From positions 16,616,001 through 16,680,000 of the forward strand of contig OX597834.1 of assembly GCA_951406725.2 (NCBI GenBank): a DNA stretch of 64,000 nucleotides, in the 5' to 3' direction. Position numbers and translations under genes: made by a program. The stretch is from Octopus vulgaris (Eukaryota). Shown in pieces: positions 27,761 to 40,688 of this stretch. The notes beneath the pieces are model-generated. The model saw only the letters and a list, made by a program, of their open reading frames with translations, had not been told where the DNA came from and made no database searches. Every line of letters begins with the position of its first letter. Positions within the stretch are counted from its first letter, which is position 1.

Positions 27761-30574
27761 GCATTGGTAATTATGAAGGAGTTATATGATAATTTATTAC
27801 CTAAAATGGTTGGTATTTTTCTTAAAGTCTATGTAAAGACAGACAATATGAAGATAATTGACCAATGACCAGTACTTAATCAATGTATTTATAGTTATAC
27901 TTTTACAAATAATTCCTACTAAAATTAAATGGATTTTCCGGTAACGAATTTTATCATTCAGAGAGATTTTATGATGTTCCTCTTCTCTTTCAATAATAAA
28001 TCTTCATCCTCGTTAAATGCAAATGGAGAAAATTAATGGTTTGTCTATTTTTTCAATATTCGATACATCAAATTAGAGGACGGACATTTAAACACAGTCA
28101 GCTACCAAATCCAAAATACATCATCAACTAGGGTTACAGAAAACAAAATAACAATCATATTTGATTTAGATAGATAGAAACACAGATACCCATAGGGCGC
28201 AAACATAAGAATGGATGAATTTCCAATTCAAGACTTCCACTTCAATGTTTAACAATTTAGCATTTAAACTGGCTGTATCTGGCCCAAATACTCTACTTGA
28301 TTTATGTTCAAACTGGCCAGGTGCAGCCCCTCAATCTACTCTACAAGTCATTCTAAAAATTAACAATTATATTATTGAAATCTTGAAGCTAAAAGACAAT
28401 GTGTGATTAATTCAAAACAATGTGAATAAATTAAGCATTACATTTGACAGAGAAATCCAAATGCTAAAGGTTAAAGAAAACTCTTCAATAGCCATCTGTA
28501 TATCATATCTAATGTTTAAACAGCAACACAATTTCATGACTTTGATTGTATGGAGTTTATGATATTTGTAATAATATTAACAAAACCATAACAAAACTAG
28601 AAATGAAATTTTAAAAATGTGAACTTGAAGCAGCCGTTTTTGCATGTGTCATCCATAAATGTTTTTAAATGAAGGAACAAAAAGATAAGCGTTTTCTTCA
28701 AACTTTCATTTCGTATTTTTAAAAATATTCAGACAGTTGGTATTTAAAAAAAAAAACCCAGACTCAATTTACCAAATGATGATTGGAAACAAGCAAATCT
28801 GAGTATTGGAAATTGGAGTGTTTCAGTTATAATGTATTAAAAAATATTCTACATATAGGCTCACGAATGGCTGTGTGGTAAGAAGTTTGCTTCCCAGCCA
28901 TATGGTTCTGGGTTCAGTCCTACTGTGTGGCACATTGGGCAAATGCCTTCTACTACAGCCTTGTGAGTGAATATGGTAGTGACAAATTGAAAGAAGCCTG
29001 TTGTGCATGTATATGTGTGTGTGTGTGTATTTTTGGTCCTGTGTTTGTCCCATCACTGCTTGACATGCGGTGTTAGTGTGTTTATGTCCCTGTAACTTAG
29101 TGGTTCAACAAAAGAGACCAACAGAATAAGTACAAGGATTAAAAAATCAAAATAACACCTGGGGTCAATTTTTTTTTTACTAAAACCCTTCAAGGTATGG
29201 CTGCAGTAAAATGACTTAAACGAGAGAATAAAAAAGTCCAGTAATTTATCACTTCTGGTGATCAAAAGAGATTTATTTATATATATATATACACACACAC
29301 ACATCATCTTTTCATAGATGTGTCATGTTATACATTGAAGCAAGGCAAACATAACCTCAGCAGTGATTCATGAGAATGTCAAGATGCACTTTGACTGTCT
29401 TCAGCCATGTCAGTAACATGTATGTTCTTGACATGTGTCGAAATGAAATTCGTCCCTCTAACACATAAGCAACAGCAAAAACTCTTAAGAGTTCTTATAC
29501 AAAAATGAAAAAAAAAAAAAATGAGACTGCTTTTTCCATTCCTTTGCAATAAAAAAAGAGCCAGACAGAGAGAAAGAGAGAGAAAATGAGTGAGCTGAGA
29601 GGGAGAGAGAGAAAACAAACAAATTTAACATTAACAATTAACAATCCAACAATTTTTTGCCCTTAGTTATACAATTCACTGTTAAATACAATTGTTCTTA
29701 AATTTAATGCAAAAATATTTATGATAAATTTATAATAAATGGAGCAGCCATGCTGCGATGAGAAAAAGGATGGCTTTTTTTTTTTTATTATTAAATACAT
29801 TATTTAAAATTATCTTCCACAGAGTTGTAAAATTCTGGCATTTCACCCATTTTCTGCCATCTGCAACAAATACTAAACATTTGTTTTGGCTCTTACAAAT
29901 GATGCAGCAATCGTAATTTAAATGCACATTTCTAAATCAAATATTTAATAAATCTAAGAAGGGAAGCGAAGACAGTGGCAGAGACAGAAAGAGAAATAAT
30001 TGAACACAGGTTGGCGGGGAGTAGAAGAAAGAGCCTTTTGCTGGCTCAGGAACAAGTGGGAGGAAGAATTGAGCAGGGATGCAGATGATACACAAGAAAA
30101 CTGGTCATTACTGCCAACCCACCAACGAGACGATGTTGTGGTTTAAGGTCAAAACATTCAAAGAATGTTGGACATCACCTAATGATCTCTTCTGCTAGAT
30201 AAAACTACTACAATCATAAGTATGTGACTGAAATTGCTAGGATCTCAAAGTTGTAACGGTGATATGTCTAACTTTGCCCTGAAACAATTTGGAAGAAATG
30301 TAGTTCCTCTAAAACAATTAAGAAGAATTATAACTAAGGATTGCAGTTCCAATCTAGTTGAGTTTCTTTAGTGTCAGTGGGGTTAAGATCTCATCTTTTG
30401 CCCTTAGTCAGAATATCTGCAGTGATAAAGGTGAGGCAGCTAATGTTACTTTCTTTAAACCTGTTTAGAGGGAAAGACATGTGGCATTTCATAGGATTGC
30501 CTTCTTCACAGTTAATGCTGTTTGGTAAAGAATGAAAGCCACAACTCATGTCTTTCTGTATGTGACATCCTTAA

Positions 30575-30792
30575 CCCTTTAGTGTTCAGATTACTCTGTT
30601 AAATGTAATACTTTTCCACTGAAATGTTTTGAATTAATCATGCATTATCTTATATCTTTGAGGTTTCAATGATGTGATTGTTTATATTTAGAATGACATT
30701 GTTGGGTAGGTGTGAGATCCAGATATTGCCAGTTTGAATATAAAACATGTAGAATATCTGGGCCAGATATGGCCGGTTTAAACACTAAAGGG
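30575..30792. mobile_element. TTAA-flanked MITE (piggyBac-type ends); family copies also near 14910-15135, 25620-25833, 28249-28474, 36288-36512, 54348-54575, 58769-58994
   Basis: ttaa|ccctttagtgtt ... aacactaaaggg|ttaa terminal inverted repeats, with internal sequence shared across copies. Confidence 0.75.
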
Positions 30793-33034
30793 TTAAACCT
30801 GTTTAGAGAGAAAGACATGTGGCATTTCATAGGATTACCTTCTTCACAGTTGATGCTGTTTGGTAAAGAATGAAAGCCACAACTCATGTCTTTCTGTATG
30901 TGACATCCTTAATACTGTTGAAAATTGTCCATTCGACCAAGGTAGCAGAATCCTAGATTATGACAACTTTTTTCTTTAGCTGAAAATATCGAGCTTTATG
31001 GTGGTTAAAAACGAAACTAAGAAAAAAAAAAAACCTTTGCTGTTACCACTACCATCACCACTGTGACTAATACAAAAATCATTTTGTTAATTAAATATGA
31101 ATTTATATCTTATAGACATATCTTGCATTTTGATGATGTTTTTGCTATTAATTATTCTGGTTGCTGCATTAATGTCCAAGACTTAATTACAGGTAAAACC
31201 TAACACCTGATATATCGTAATTACTACTTTTTAATTGCTAGAAAAAGAAAAAGAAGAAAAACACTGCAGGTGATTTCCTCTTAGTCACACACACACACAC
31301 ACATGTGAAGTTCAACGTGTTCTTAATTTGAGTGTGATCTGATGGGAATTTAGTTGTTATTTCTAGCTTGTTGGCTTAGATTAAACTTCCTTGTCATTGT
31401 TGGTTAACCCAGATCAGACCTGATCAAACAGACCTATGATGAAAGATATCCCAGGTGTAACTATCCCATCTTTTTTTGGCATTAAGAACTTAATAAACTG
31501 TTCAATATACCCTTTAAGATAGTTGATGATGATTTGAGGAAGATTGTGGCTACTGTTTCTATCAGATCAAACAACTCTGTAGAAGCTCCCTTATTGAATA
31601 CTGAGGACAGCCTGCATGCACTGACTGAGTTTTATTTGTTAGACAGTGATGCAACAAATATCAACTCCATCTGTCTGTTTGTCCAGCTGTCTCTCTTTTT
31701 TCTTAGAGTCTATTCCATTCCTGCAGAGAAGTAGTGTGAGGTAGAAGTTGCACAGGGAGAATGTAACAGGTGGTGAGATAGTGCTAGCAGAGTTTCAGTT
31801 ACAGAGATAGATATACTTACACTAGCATCGTTGTAATAAGGACAGCCAAAGTTAAGAGATAACTAAAGTCTAACACACACATACACAGCTGACATAAGTT
31901 GCATTATTGAAGTAGGGTTTTCCCTCGTGGATGCACTTCCTAATCTGGCAAGTATTCAATCATGAAGTGAGAAAGTTATAAATGCTTATAGGATAGAATT
32001 ACTGGAAATCAAAGCATCTAAAAAAGTGGACCACCACGACAGGAATCAATACAGTAAATGGAATAAATGAAGAATGACAGCTTCCTGTAAGGAAAGGAAA
32101 CAACCTTTTGGGGGGATAATCACTTATTTTATTATGTTTTTGAACAGAAAAGAAACCTGATATACCCTTGGGGAGGCAGGGTTTTTATTATAAGTATTTT
32201 AGTTTGGATGACTGAATGAATAAAACCTTTCTCATTCATACACACACAATATGACTGAAATAGAATTAAGAGGATTTTTAAGAAAAAAGAGATCAGAACA
32301 GGCCACAAAATGCAAACAAGACGTAATAGAATGCTATCTATTTTTGTCTATAAGACGCACACAACCAACTACATCGATCAATGAGGTGTAGTATCCCCAT
32401 TGCTTTTTTTTTTTCCAAATCAGTTTCAAAGACTTTATAAAAGGTTAAGTGTAGTGTTATTCTTCTTCTGATTAAGCTGTAAGAAAACAGACAAAGAGAT
32501 AAGACTGAAGCAGTAATAGCAGATGAAGAGAATAGACAGAAAATATCCTATGTTTGTTCAAAGCTACAGCTTAATAGTAAAGAAAGTGTACAGTTTATCA
32601 AATTCAACATCCATATGTGAATAGTGTTTATCTCCTCAATCCTGAGAGGGCGACCTATGTAAAGAGACAACTCTTTCATGGCAGGACAATGGAATTAAAT
32701 ACTAAAACACCGTTAAGCTGGTGTTTTACGATTGTTTATCTAAAACCAGTCCACTAAGAGAGAAAAGATAATGAGAAATGATTTAATTAAATTGTCTGCT
32801 AATTAAACCAGGAGAGAGGGAAAAAATCTGAAATAAGACTGTATGTAAGATAGTGACCTGCTAGAAATAGAAGCTAAAGCAAGAGATAGAGGCATTAGTG
32901 AAAACCTGTACTAGAGTACTGTAGTTAAATAAACTTCTATCTTCATTGCCCACATACTCCGGGGGGGGGGTCATGAAGGAAGAGTCTTCAGATGTACTTT
33001 CCAGAGGGTTCTATTCTGATAGAGCTATCAGCAA

Positions 33035-33290
33035 ATGATCCAGCTGGAGCCCTGCATAACCAAAATAGGGTTCATCTGGAAGGATGCTAGAGTTTGTTCC
33101 TTGATAGAGTGCAAAGTTTTGAGATCAGGGAGCTGCTTCAACCGAACCGCTTCTTATTTGATTGAAGGGCCACAGCTCTGGTACTACAGGCATGTGACTA
33201 GAATATCAGAGGAAAGAATGGCAGGGCAGATTTTAAAGGCAAGATCATCTGGTAGGGAAACCTTGGGGTAAGCCATGAACAAAGCATTTA
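33035..33290 (+). mobile_element. Degraded RTE-type LINE C-terminal remnant (similar remnant 12740-13080 minus)
   Basis: LWYYRHVTRISEERMAGQIL...SGRETLG and IEGNCARGRQRKPW resemble the RTE C-terminal LRWxGHVxRM...GxRxRGRPRxxW pattern. Confidence 0.45.
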
Positions 33291-35370
33291 ATAAAGTTTA
33301 GTCATGAAATTCAAGTGTAAGGTATGGTAACACTTGTCGCAGAGGGAACTTGATAGATACATAAGGATTTGTGAGAAGGGTTAGATATCTTTTATTTCTT
33401 ATCTTTTGTTTTAGTCATTAGACTGTGGCCATCCTGGAGCACCGTCCTGAAGAATCTTAATCAAATGAATAAACTCCAGTACTTAATTTTTAAACCTGGT
33501 GCTTGCTCTATTGGTCTCTTTTGTCAAACTGCTAAATTACAGGGATGTAAACACACCAACACTGGTTGTCAAGTGGTAGAGGGGAACAAATATAGGCACA
33601 CACACACACACATATACAATAGGCTTTTTTCAGTTTTCATCTACCAAATTCACTCACAAGGCTTTGATTGTCCTCAGAATATAGTAGAAGACATTTGCTC
33701 AAGGTACCATGCAGTAGGACTGAACCCGGAACCATGTGGCTGTGAAGCAAATTTCTTACCACACACTCACACTGGCACCTATAAAGAAATAAACTCACAC
33801 ACACACACACACACTGAAAATATGATAATAAAAAGATACTGACTCATTTAAATAAATAAAAAAAATTGCAGTAAATTCCATTAATCTAAGATTAATTGTT
33901 AATTTATAACACTGAAAATTTAATTTTTGCCTTTGCCTTTTTTTTTTTTTTTTTTTTTTTTCACTTAGAATATATCAAAAACAAAGATTATCAAAAGTAG
34001 AGAGAATCTAGTCACATCTTAAATGCATCTCATGATAAACAACACTGTAGAAGAGTTTGCCTGTTTGAACAACGATACTTCATTTTGTTGTTGCTATTAT
34101 TATTATTATTATTCAGTCTCTAATAGCTCACTCAGAAAGTTTTTTTTTTTCACAAGAATGGAGGAAATGAGTATAAAGAAATCAGACTTTTCATAGATCA
34201 ACATGTGAAAGGGAATGAATACGGACAAGGGGCAACACTTTGAAAGGGGGAATGTTTCCTGATAATTATCGATGAGTCACACCGCGGCTTCACGTGACTA
34301 AGTGCAAAGTTGAAACAGGGCTGCGGCTGATACCATTGATGGGGAAGGGCATTTCAGAAACATAAAAGGATCAGGAATCGGGCAAGTGGGAAATGCGGAA
34401 GGCTGATTGTTAGGGAACAACAACAATGTAAACATAGACAGAGACAGAAAGATAGAGGGAGGGGATGTTCAAGGGAGGGACATTGCAACAGATGATAGAG
34501 AAATGATTCTACTATGATAATTTCACACACACACACACACACACACAGAGAACAAAATTTGAAGTAATGTGTGGAAAAAGCTGAGAGGTGGAGTAGGTTT
34601 TTTTTGTTTTTGTTTTCCTCTTTGACAGAACAACCAAAATGGCTATGGACAGAGTTATATATCAGATGTGCTTCCACGCCGAGAATATTCATCAGGTGGT
34701 AGGTGAAGAGTTATTCTAAATCTCAAAAGGAAGAAAAATAATAAAATATGAAAATAAACCTATTCTCAAAAAACAGCAAAAATTTTCTTAAAAAAACCAA
34801 AAAGGTAAAGCAATTAGAATCTACTTACTGTGCTGCAGTTTAATAATTAGTACCAACCATTTTGTTGTCTATGATTTCATCGTTTGTTTAGCTGAGCTTA
34901 ATTAATGTGTGGGAGAAAGCTACAATGGTTTTATTTTAGTTTAAATTAACCAAAAACACAATGAAAAAAGAATTGGATTTGGTTACTTTAACGAGTAAGA
35001 TTTATAAAAGTCAATGAATAAAGAAATTACAAATGATGACGAAGATGATAATGAGTATTCAAAAATAAAGTGATCATTATGAATATAGAGATCATCTGTT
35101 GTTTCAGAATCTGGAGGGAAAATTTTATATAAATAAATAAATAAAAATACATATAATGAATGTATTATGGCAAAAACAGTTGGTGTCCAACGATAAAACA
35201 TTGCCCAAGTTGGTATGGGAAAGCAAGAGTGATGATGATGTTAATGGTAGTGTTGGTGATGTGACTGAAAAATAATATTTAGATATTGAAGAAATGATGA
35301 CAATGACAATGGAAGTTTGGTTATAGTAGTTTCCTTAAAGTCAGCTCTGTTCAAGTATTTCAGCCATTGA

Positions 35371-35583
35371 TTAACCCTTTCGTTACTGTATTTATTTAGA
35401 GATGCTCTGTGTTTCTTTCAATTACTTTAACTATAACAAAGAATTTAGCAAAATAACTTAGTTATCATTAAGCTAGTGTTAGGAACATAAATTGTGACTA
35501 AGGTTTGATGGAAGATTTTAATTCAAAACTTTTGTACTCAGAACCAGAGCCGGTTTCAGCCGGGTTGGTAACGAAAGGGTTAA
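35371..35583. mobile_element. Second TTAA-flanked MITE family (related copy near 2316-2537; another TTAA MITE at 19506-19760)
   Basis: ttaaccctttcgttac ... gtaacgaaagggttaa terminal inverted repeats. Confidence 0.7.
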
Positions 35584-36514
35584 CCAATTTTTTTCCTTTT
35601 ATAAATTTTCTGGACCTAATCTGACATTGACTTCATTGTCCAATATATCCTTCCTTTTTTTTAAAGACAGTATATTATATGATGGAAGATTTGGCTGTGC
35701 TATTTCTAGCAGGTCAAGTGGTTGCATGGTAGCTCCTAAATTGACTTGTAGCTTTTAGTTACCGATGGTGTTCCCTTTCAGCTAAATTTAATAAACCATT
35801 CAGCCACCAAGTTCCTAATGAGTTTGGAACCAAAATGCTCAGTTGATCAGCTGTAGCATATTATCCAAAGAGAATGAAACATACAACGGTTATAAGTAAT
35901 ACTCTCAAGTAAGTAATCATATGGTTTGCAGGAGACTAAGCAATTTTGCATGGGAAATCCAAGAACAATTGCCAGTATTATATAAAATATTAAACTTCTT
36001 TCAATCATGAGATACAAAAAAAGGTGGGGATATTGAGGATAAAACTTTTGGATTAGTTAACTCTTAATACAAATGTTTCAGATGAGAAAAACAAGAATAA
36101 CTGTTTCTAACATAGGCACAAGACTATATAAAAAATCTAGGGTACACAACTGTATCAGACATAAAGAGGCACTCTGTTTAATTACACCTTAACGAAGGTG
36201 TACAGGTTGTCTGGCATCCACGGAAAGTTTATTAGTTACTTAGAGACACACCATTGACAAAAGCAATGTGAGCAGATCAATGAAGTTAAACTCATTAGCA
36301 TTTAAACTGGCCAAATCTGGCCTAAATATTCTACCTGTCTTATGTTGAAACCAGCCAGATCAAGCCTGTTGCATCTACCCTTCAATGCCATTCTAAAAAT
36401 ATAGTCACATCATCAAAATTTTGAACATACAAGATAATGTATGATTAATTCAAGACAATGTGAATGAAAAAGCATTATATTTAACAGATTAATCGAGATT
36501 CTAAGGGGTTAAAG

Positions 36515-37550
36515 ATGAACGAATTAACTTTGAGGACATGCCACACAGTGGCAATCATCAGCCGCAACTACTGGTATGAACTGCCAGTGAGTGAACAAAG
36601 TGATTCGCAAAGACAGATGAGTCATTATCCTCAAGCTTGCTGTACGAGTGGATTGTAATCAATGCATTATAGAAAATGGTGGAAGACTTTAGATATGGGA
36701 AAGTGTGTGCCAAGTTGGGTACCTAGGCAAATGACATCCGATTTGAAGAAGGAAAGGTGGAAATCTGCTCTGACCAGATGGAAGTATCTGAATCCAATGA
36801 AGACAGGGTTTATTTTCTCCAGTCTGGTGACAGGAGATGAAATGTGGCTGTATCTCTATGGTCCAGAAATGAAGGCTTCATACATAGAAACTGGCATTTC
36901 AAGACAAACTGTGCAGTAGGAGGACCTCAGCTGCAACTACTGACCTGAATCACAAGCAAGTGCATAAGGTGATTCATGCAGACAGACAAGACAATATCCA
37001 TGAGCTTGCTGCACAAATGGACTGCATTCAATGCATTACAGAGGATGGTTGAAGACTCTAGGTATTGGAAAGTGTGTGCCAAGAGGGGTACCTAGGCAGA
37101 TGACACCCAATTTGAAGAAGAGAAGGGTGGAGATCTGCTCTGGTCAGATGGAAGCATTTGAAGCCTATGAAGATGAGATTTATTTTCCCCAATCTGGTGA
37201 CAGGAGATGAAATATGGTCGCATCTTTGAGATCCGGAAATGAAGACTTAATATATGGAAATCAGCATTTGAAGACAGACAAACTATGCAACAGGAGGTCA
37301 TCAGCTGCAGCTACTGACATGAATCGCTAGTGAATGGACAAAGTGAATCACGCAAACTGAAGAGTCACCATCTGTGAACTTGCTGTACAAGTGAACAGTA
37401 GTCAATGCATTCTAGAAGATGGTGGAAGACCTTAGGTATCAGAAAGTGCGTGCCAAGTGGGGTTCCTAGGCAGCTGATGCCTGATTTGATGAAGGGAAGG
37501 ATGGAAATCTGCTCTGGTTGTCTGGAAGTATTTGAAACTAACGAAAACAC
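36515..37550 (+). mobile_element. Three tandem diverged copies (~370-bp period) of a mariner transposase fragment
   Basis: The WVPR-coding motif tg.gtgccaag...ggt.cctaggca recurs near 36704, 37073 and 37446. The TGDE-W motif (tctggtgacaggagatgaaat) occurs in the first two copies. Confidence 0.7.
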
Positions 37551-38032
37551 ATTTTCTTTTTAGTTTCTTCTGATTTAGTGGAGGTTAAGACAAAAACATC
37601 TACAATCTAGCTGCATCCCCTTAAATTCTGACTTCAAATTTTATGTATTTAATTGAATATTTAAAAAAAAATTACAAATTAAGTAGAAAATAAAGTGACA
37701 CTATAATAACAAGAAACAGTAAACTGCCAAAAATTTTATCATATGTTTATCTAGAGGTGAAATTAAATGTCCCACCAACTGGTCAATATATGTATCCTCT
37801 GAAGTATTGATCTTTTTTTTAAATTTGTTTGATTAAAAAAAAATAATCAATAGGTACTCTTTATTTTGCATGTATCATCTATGTTAGCAACACACACACA
37901 AATGTATATAAATATATATATACATACACATACACAAATAGATATGCATATACATGCATGTACACACACATGTATACACAAAATATATATATACACATAC
38001 ATATATAAACATACACACACATATATATATAC

Positions 38033-38068
<36 letters not shown>

Positions 38069-38244
38069 CAGCCTTGGAAACCAGCAACATGCCTGCCAGA
38101 AACAGACAATTATTGATTGATTAATTGATTGATTGACTGAAATAACAACTGCAACAGCATCTACACCTCCATCAATCACGTTACCAGTCTCTGAATGATG
38201 CAAGAGATATTATATTTAGAAGTTCAATGAATTATTCTTATTAA

Positions 38245-38282
<38 letters not shown>

Positions 38283-38522
38283 AGAGAGAGAGAGAAAGAG
38301 AAAGACAGACATGGAAAAGATGGAATTAAATGTTTCTACATCAACAATTCATAATTTTTCATTTGGTTATAGTTTACATTTTCTTTCTTTACACATTCAC
38401 ACTATATATGCCTATAAACACACACACACATAGATATGTATGAATATGTGTGTGTGTGTGTGTGTGTGTGTGTAACCGTCACTCCATTGCTTCTGCTAAG
38501 TATTAATATATATATATGTATA

Positions 38523-38578
<56 letters not shown>

Positions 38579-38669
38579 TGTGTGTGTATGTGTTTCTAAA
38601 TTTGAAATGAGAAGAGGAAAAGGTACATAATACAAGCAGTCAAGTTTATTCATGTAGAAAGAAATAAAG

Positions 38670-38714
<45 letters not shown>

Positions 38715-38885
38715 GTAGATGCGTTATCATCAATCTCAATCGAAGAGCAGTCGACAAGTCTGTTGTCTAGATTATTGAAAATCCCAAAAAAAAAAGAAAA
38801 AGAAAGAAATTCAGAAATTTTCATGAAAAAGTAATATCATCAAACATAAACATTGTAATATTGTATTAGATTTTCAAAAGGATAT

Positions 38886-38934
38886 CTTGCTGGAGATTCT
38901 TGCATTACTGTGAGAAAATTATTTTGCTGAGCAC
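38886..38934 (-). CDS. ZDHHC14: ZDHHC9/14/18-family exon (49 nt, phase 1 to 2) ending at a U12 AT donor
   Basis: ttctttttccag|GT GCT CAG CAA AAT AAT TTT CTC ACA GTA ATG CAA GAA TCT CCA GCA AG|atatcctttt gives (R)AQQNNFLTVMQESPA(S). It joins in frame with both neighbours and matches the family's ...SPAS(V/M)xEA loop. Confidence 0.92.
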
Positions 38935-38982
38935 CTGGAAAAAGAACGACAGGTCATAAGTGGATGTATTTGCTCATGCGTG

Positions 38983-39038
<56 letters not shown>

Positions 39039-39042
<4 letters not shown>

Positions 39043-39250
39043 TAATCCAAACATGAAAACACAAAGAGAAAACACAACAACGTGAGGACGTGGAACAAAC
39101 ATAGTATTATTGGACGCTCAGGAAGGAAGGGAAGAAGGAGGGTTTAACGTTTCGAGCATAGAGCTCTTTGTCAGAAACATAGGAAAAGGCAAGATCCAGA
39201 GAAGGGAAAATGGAGGAAAAAAAAAAAAAAATCGCCAATAGTACACACGC
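39039..39250 (-). mobile_element. Penelope-like terminal fragment with a degenerate minimal hammerhead (39143-39178)
   Basis: Minus strand GUUU CUGACAA A GAGC-UCUAU-GCUC GAAA CG UU| AAAC. The core has G to A (CUGACGA to CUGACAA), and the minimal palindromic stem III is typical of PLE hammerheads. It abuts (TA)n. Confidence 0.55.
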
Positions 39251-39266
39251 GATATGTATATATAGT

Positions 39267-39423
39267 AGTAATAATAATAACAATAATCCTTGGATGGAAT
39301 TTCTAAACAGTTAATGCATTGTTACGCGTGTTTCTGCAAATCATGTGATTTGTGGAAATGCGCATAGCAATGAATTAAATGTTTAGAAATTCCACCCAAG
39401 GATTATTGTTATTATTACTATAT
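39267..39423. mobile_element. Palindromic element whose two arms each begin with the 3' half of a hammerhead
   Basis: Arms aataacaataatccttgg.tggaatttctaaaca and tgtttagaaattcca.ccaaggattattgttatt. Reading outward from the centre gives GAAA-CACGCG-TA (minus) and GAAA-TGCGCA-TA (plus). Confidence 0.6.
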
Positions 39424-39736
39424 TTATCCTACATTATATTGGTACAGCTCGATGCATCTCCCCCAAAACACTGGTTCACCAGTCAGAATCATTAGACTGT
39501 GGCCAGCATAATAGAATAGGAGCTTTGCATTTTAAAAACGTTTCCCATAAACAAATTTAGAATAGGAGCTTTGCATTTTAAAAACGTTTCCATAAACAAA
39601 GAAAGATATATATATATATATATACCGCTAAATCCTTTGCATCCTGTTTTTCTTTTGATAAATATACCCAATCACCTACACCACTAACTGGCATATACAG
39701 GTGCTTACAGTCATCAAGTATTCACCCTGAATTTTT

Positions 39737-39776
<40 letters not shown>

Positions 39777-40206
39777 AAATTAGAAAATGGAGAAACATAC
39801 CTAAATCAATCATCAACCATCAGATAATACCCAATCAATACTTTATTAAACCATTACAAATAGGGCTCGTTCACTCTTAGAATTCCCAAACAGCTAGTAG
39901 TATTCTTATGGTATACTACCAATTCTAGTCTTAGGTATTCCTTGTGTGTGAAGGTAAAAAGTAAAAGAGTCAAAAAGAAGAAGCCATAGATGTTGTAGCA
40001 AGGAAATCTAGATTTACTTACGGAGACATTAACTGAGTATTGCCTGAGGAGATACATATAGATCTTCTTATACAAGTAAATAGTCATGTAATTTAATTTA
40101 AACTTAACTTTAAATCCTGTAGATACGAGAATCTGTATCTATCTAAACATTTGTAGCGATTAAAAAGCTGCCTAACTGTACTTACTCTTCCTTTTGACTC
40201 TTCTAC

Positions 40207-40261
<55 letters not shown>

Positions 40262-40636
40262 ACACCAACATCAAAATAAAAATCAAATGGAAATTGTAGT
40301 TAAGATACCCGTGCCGGTGACACGTAAAAACACCATCTGAATGTGGCTGATGCCAGCGCTGCCTGACTGGCATCCGTGTTGGTGACATATAAAAAGCACC
40401 AACCGATTGTGACCTTTTGCCAGCCTCCTCTGGCACCTGTGCCGGTGGCATGTAAAAAGCACCCACTACACTCACGGAGTGGTTGGCGTTAAGAAGGGCA
40501 TCTAGCTGTAGGAACACTGCCAAATCAGACTGGAGCCTGGCACAGCCTCCTGGCTTCCCAGACCCCAGTTGAACCGTCCAACCCATGCTAGCATGGAAAA
40601 CGGATGTTAAACAATGATGATGATGTATGTGTGCAT

Positions 40637-40687
<51 letters not shown>

Positions 40688-40688
40688 T

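Larger units (their letters stand above)
22354..38885 (-). other. U12-type (minor spliceosome) AT-AC intron, 16,532 nt
   Basis: Donor ATATCCTTTT (38885-38876), branch site TCCTTGAC (22371-22364) and terminal AC (22355-22354). Splicing restores the codon AG|T (Ser) and the frame between two conserved exons. Confidence 0.93.

Noticed and set aside
27039-27764. 241-aa and 191-aa ORFs rich in L/S/F/P or R/E/K/G
   Set aside because: Artefacts of the polypurine minisatellite, with no splice or domain evidence.
39512-39600. Tandem duplication of a 44-bp unit (tagaataggagctttgcattttaaaaacgtttcc...)
   Set aside because: A real but ordinary two-copy local duplication. The GAAACGTT on the minus strand lacks the rest of a hammerhead core.
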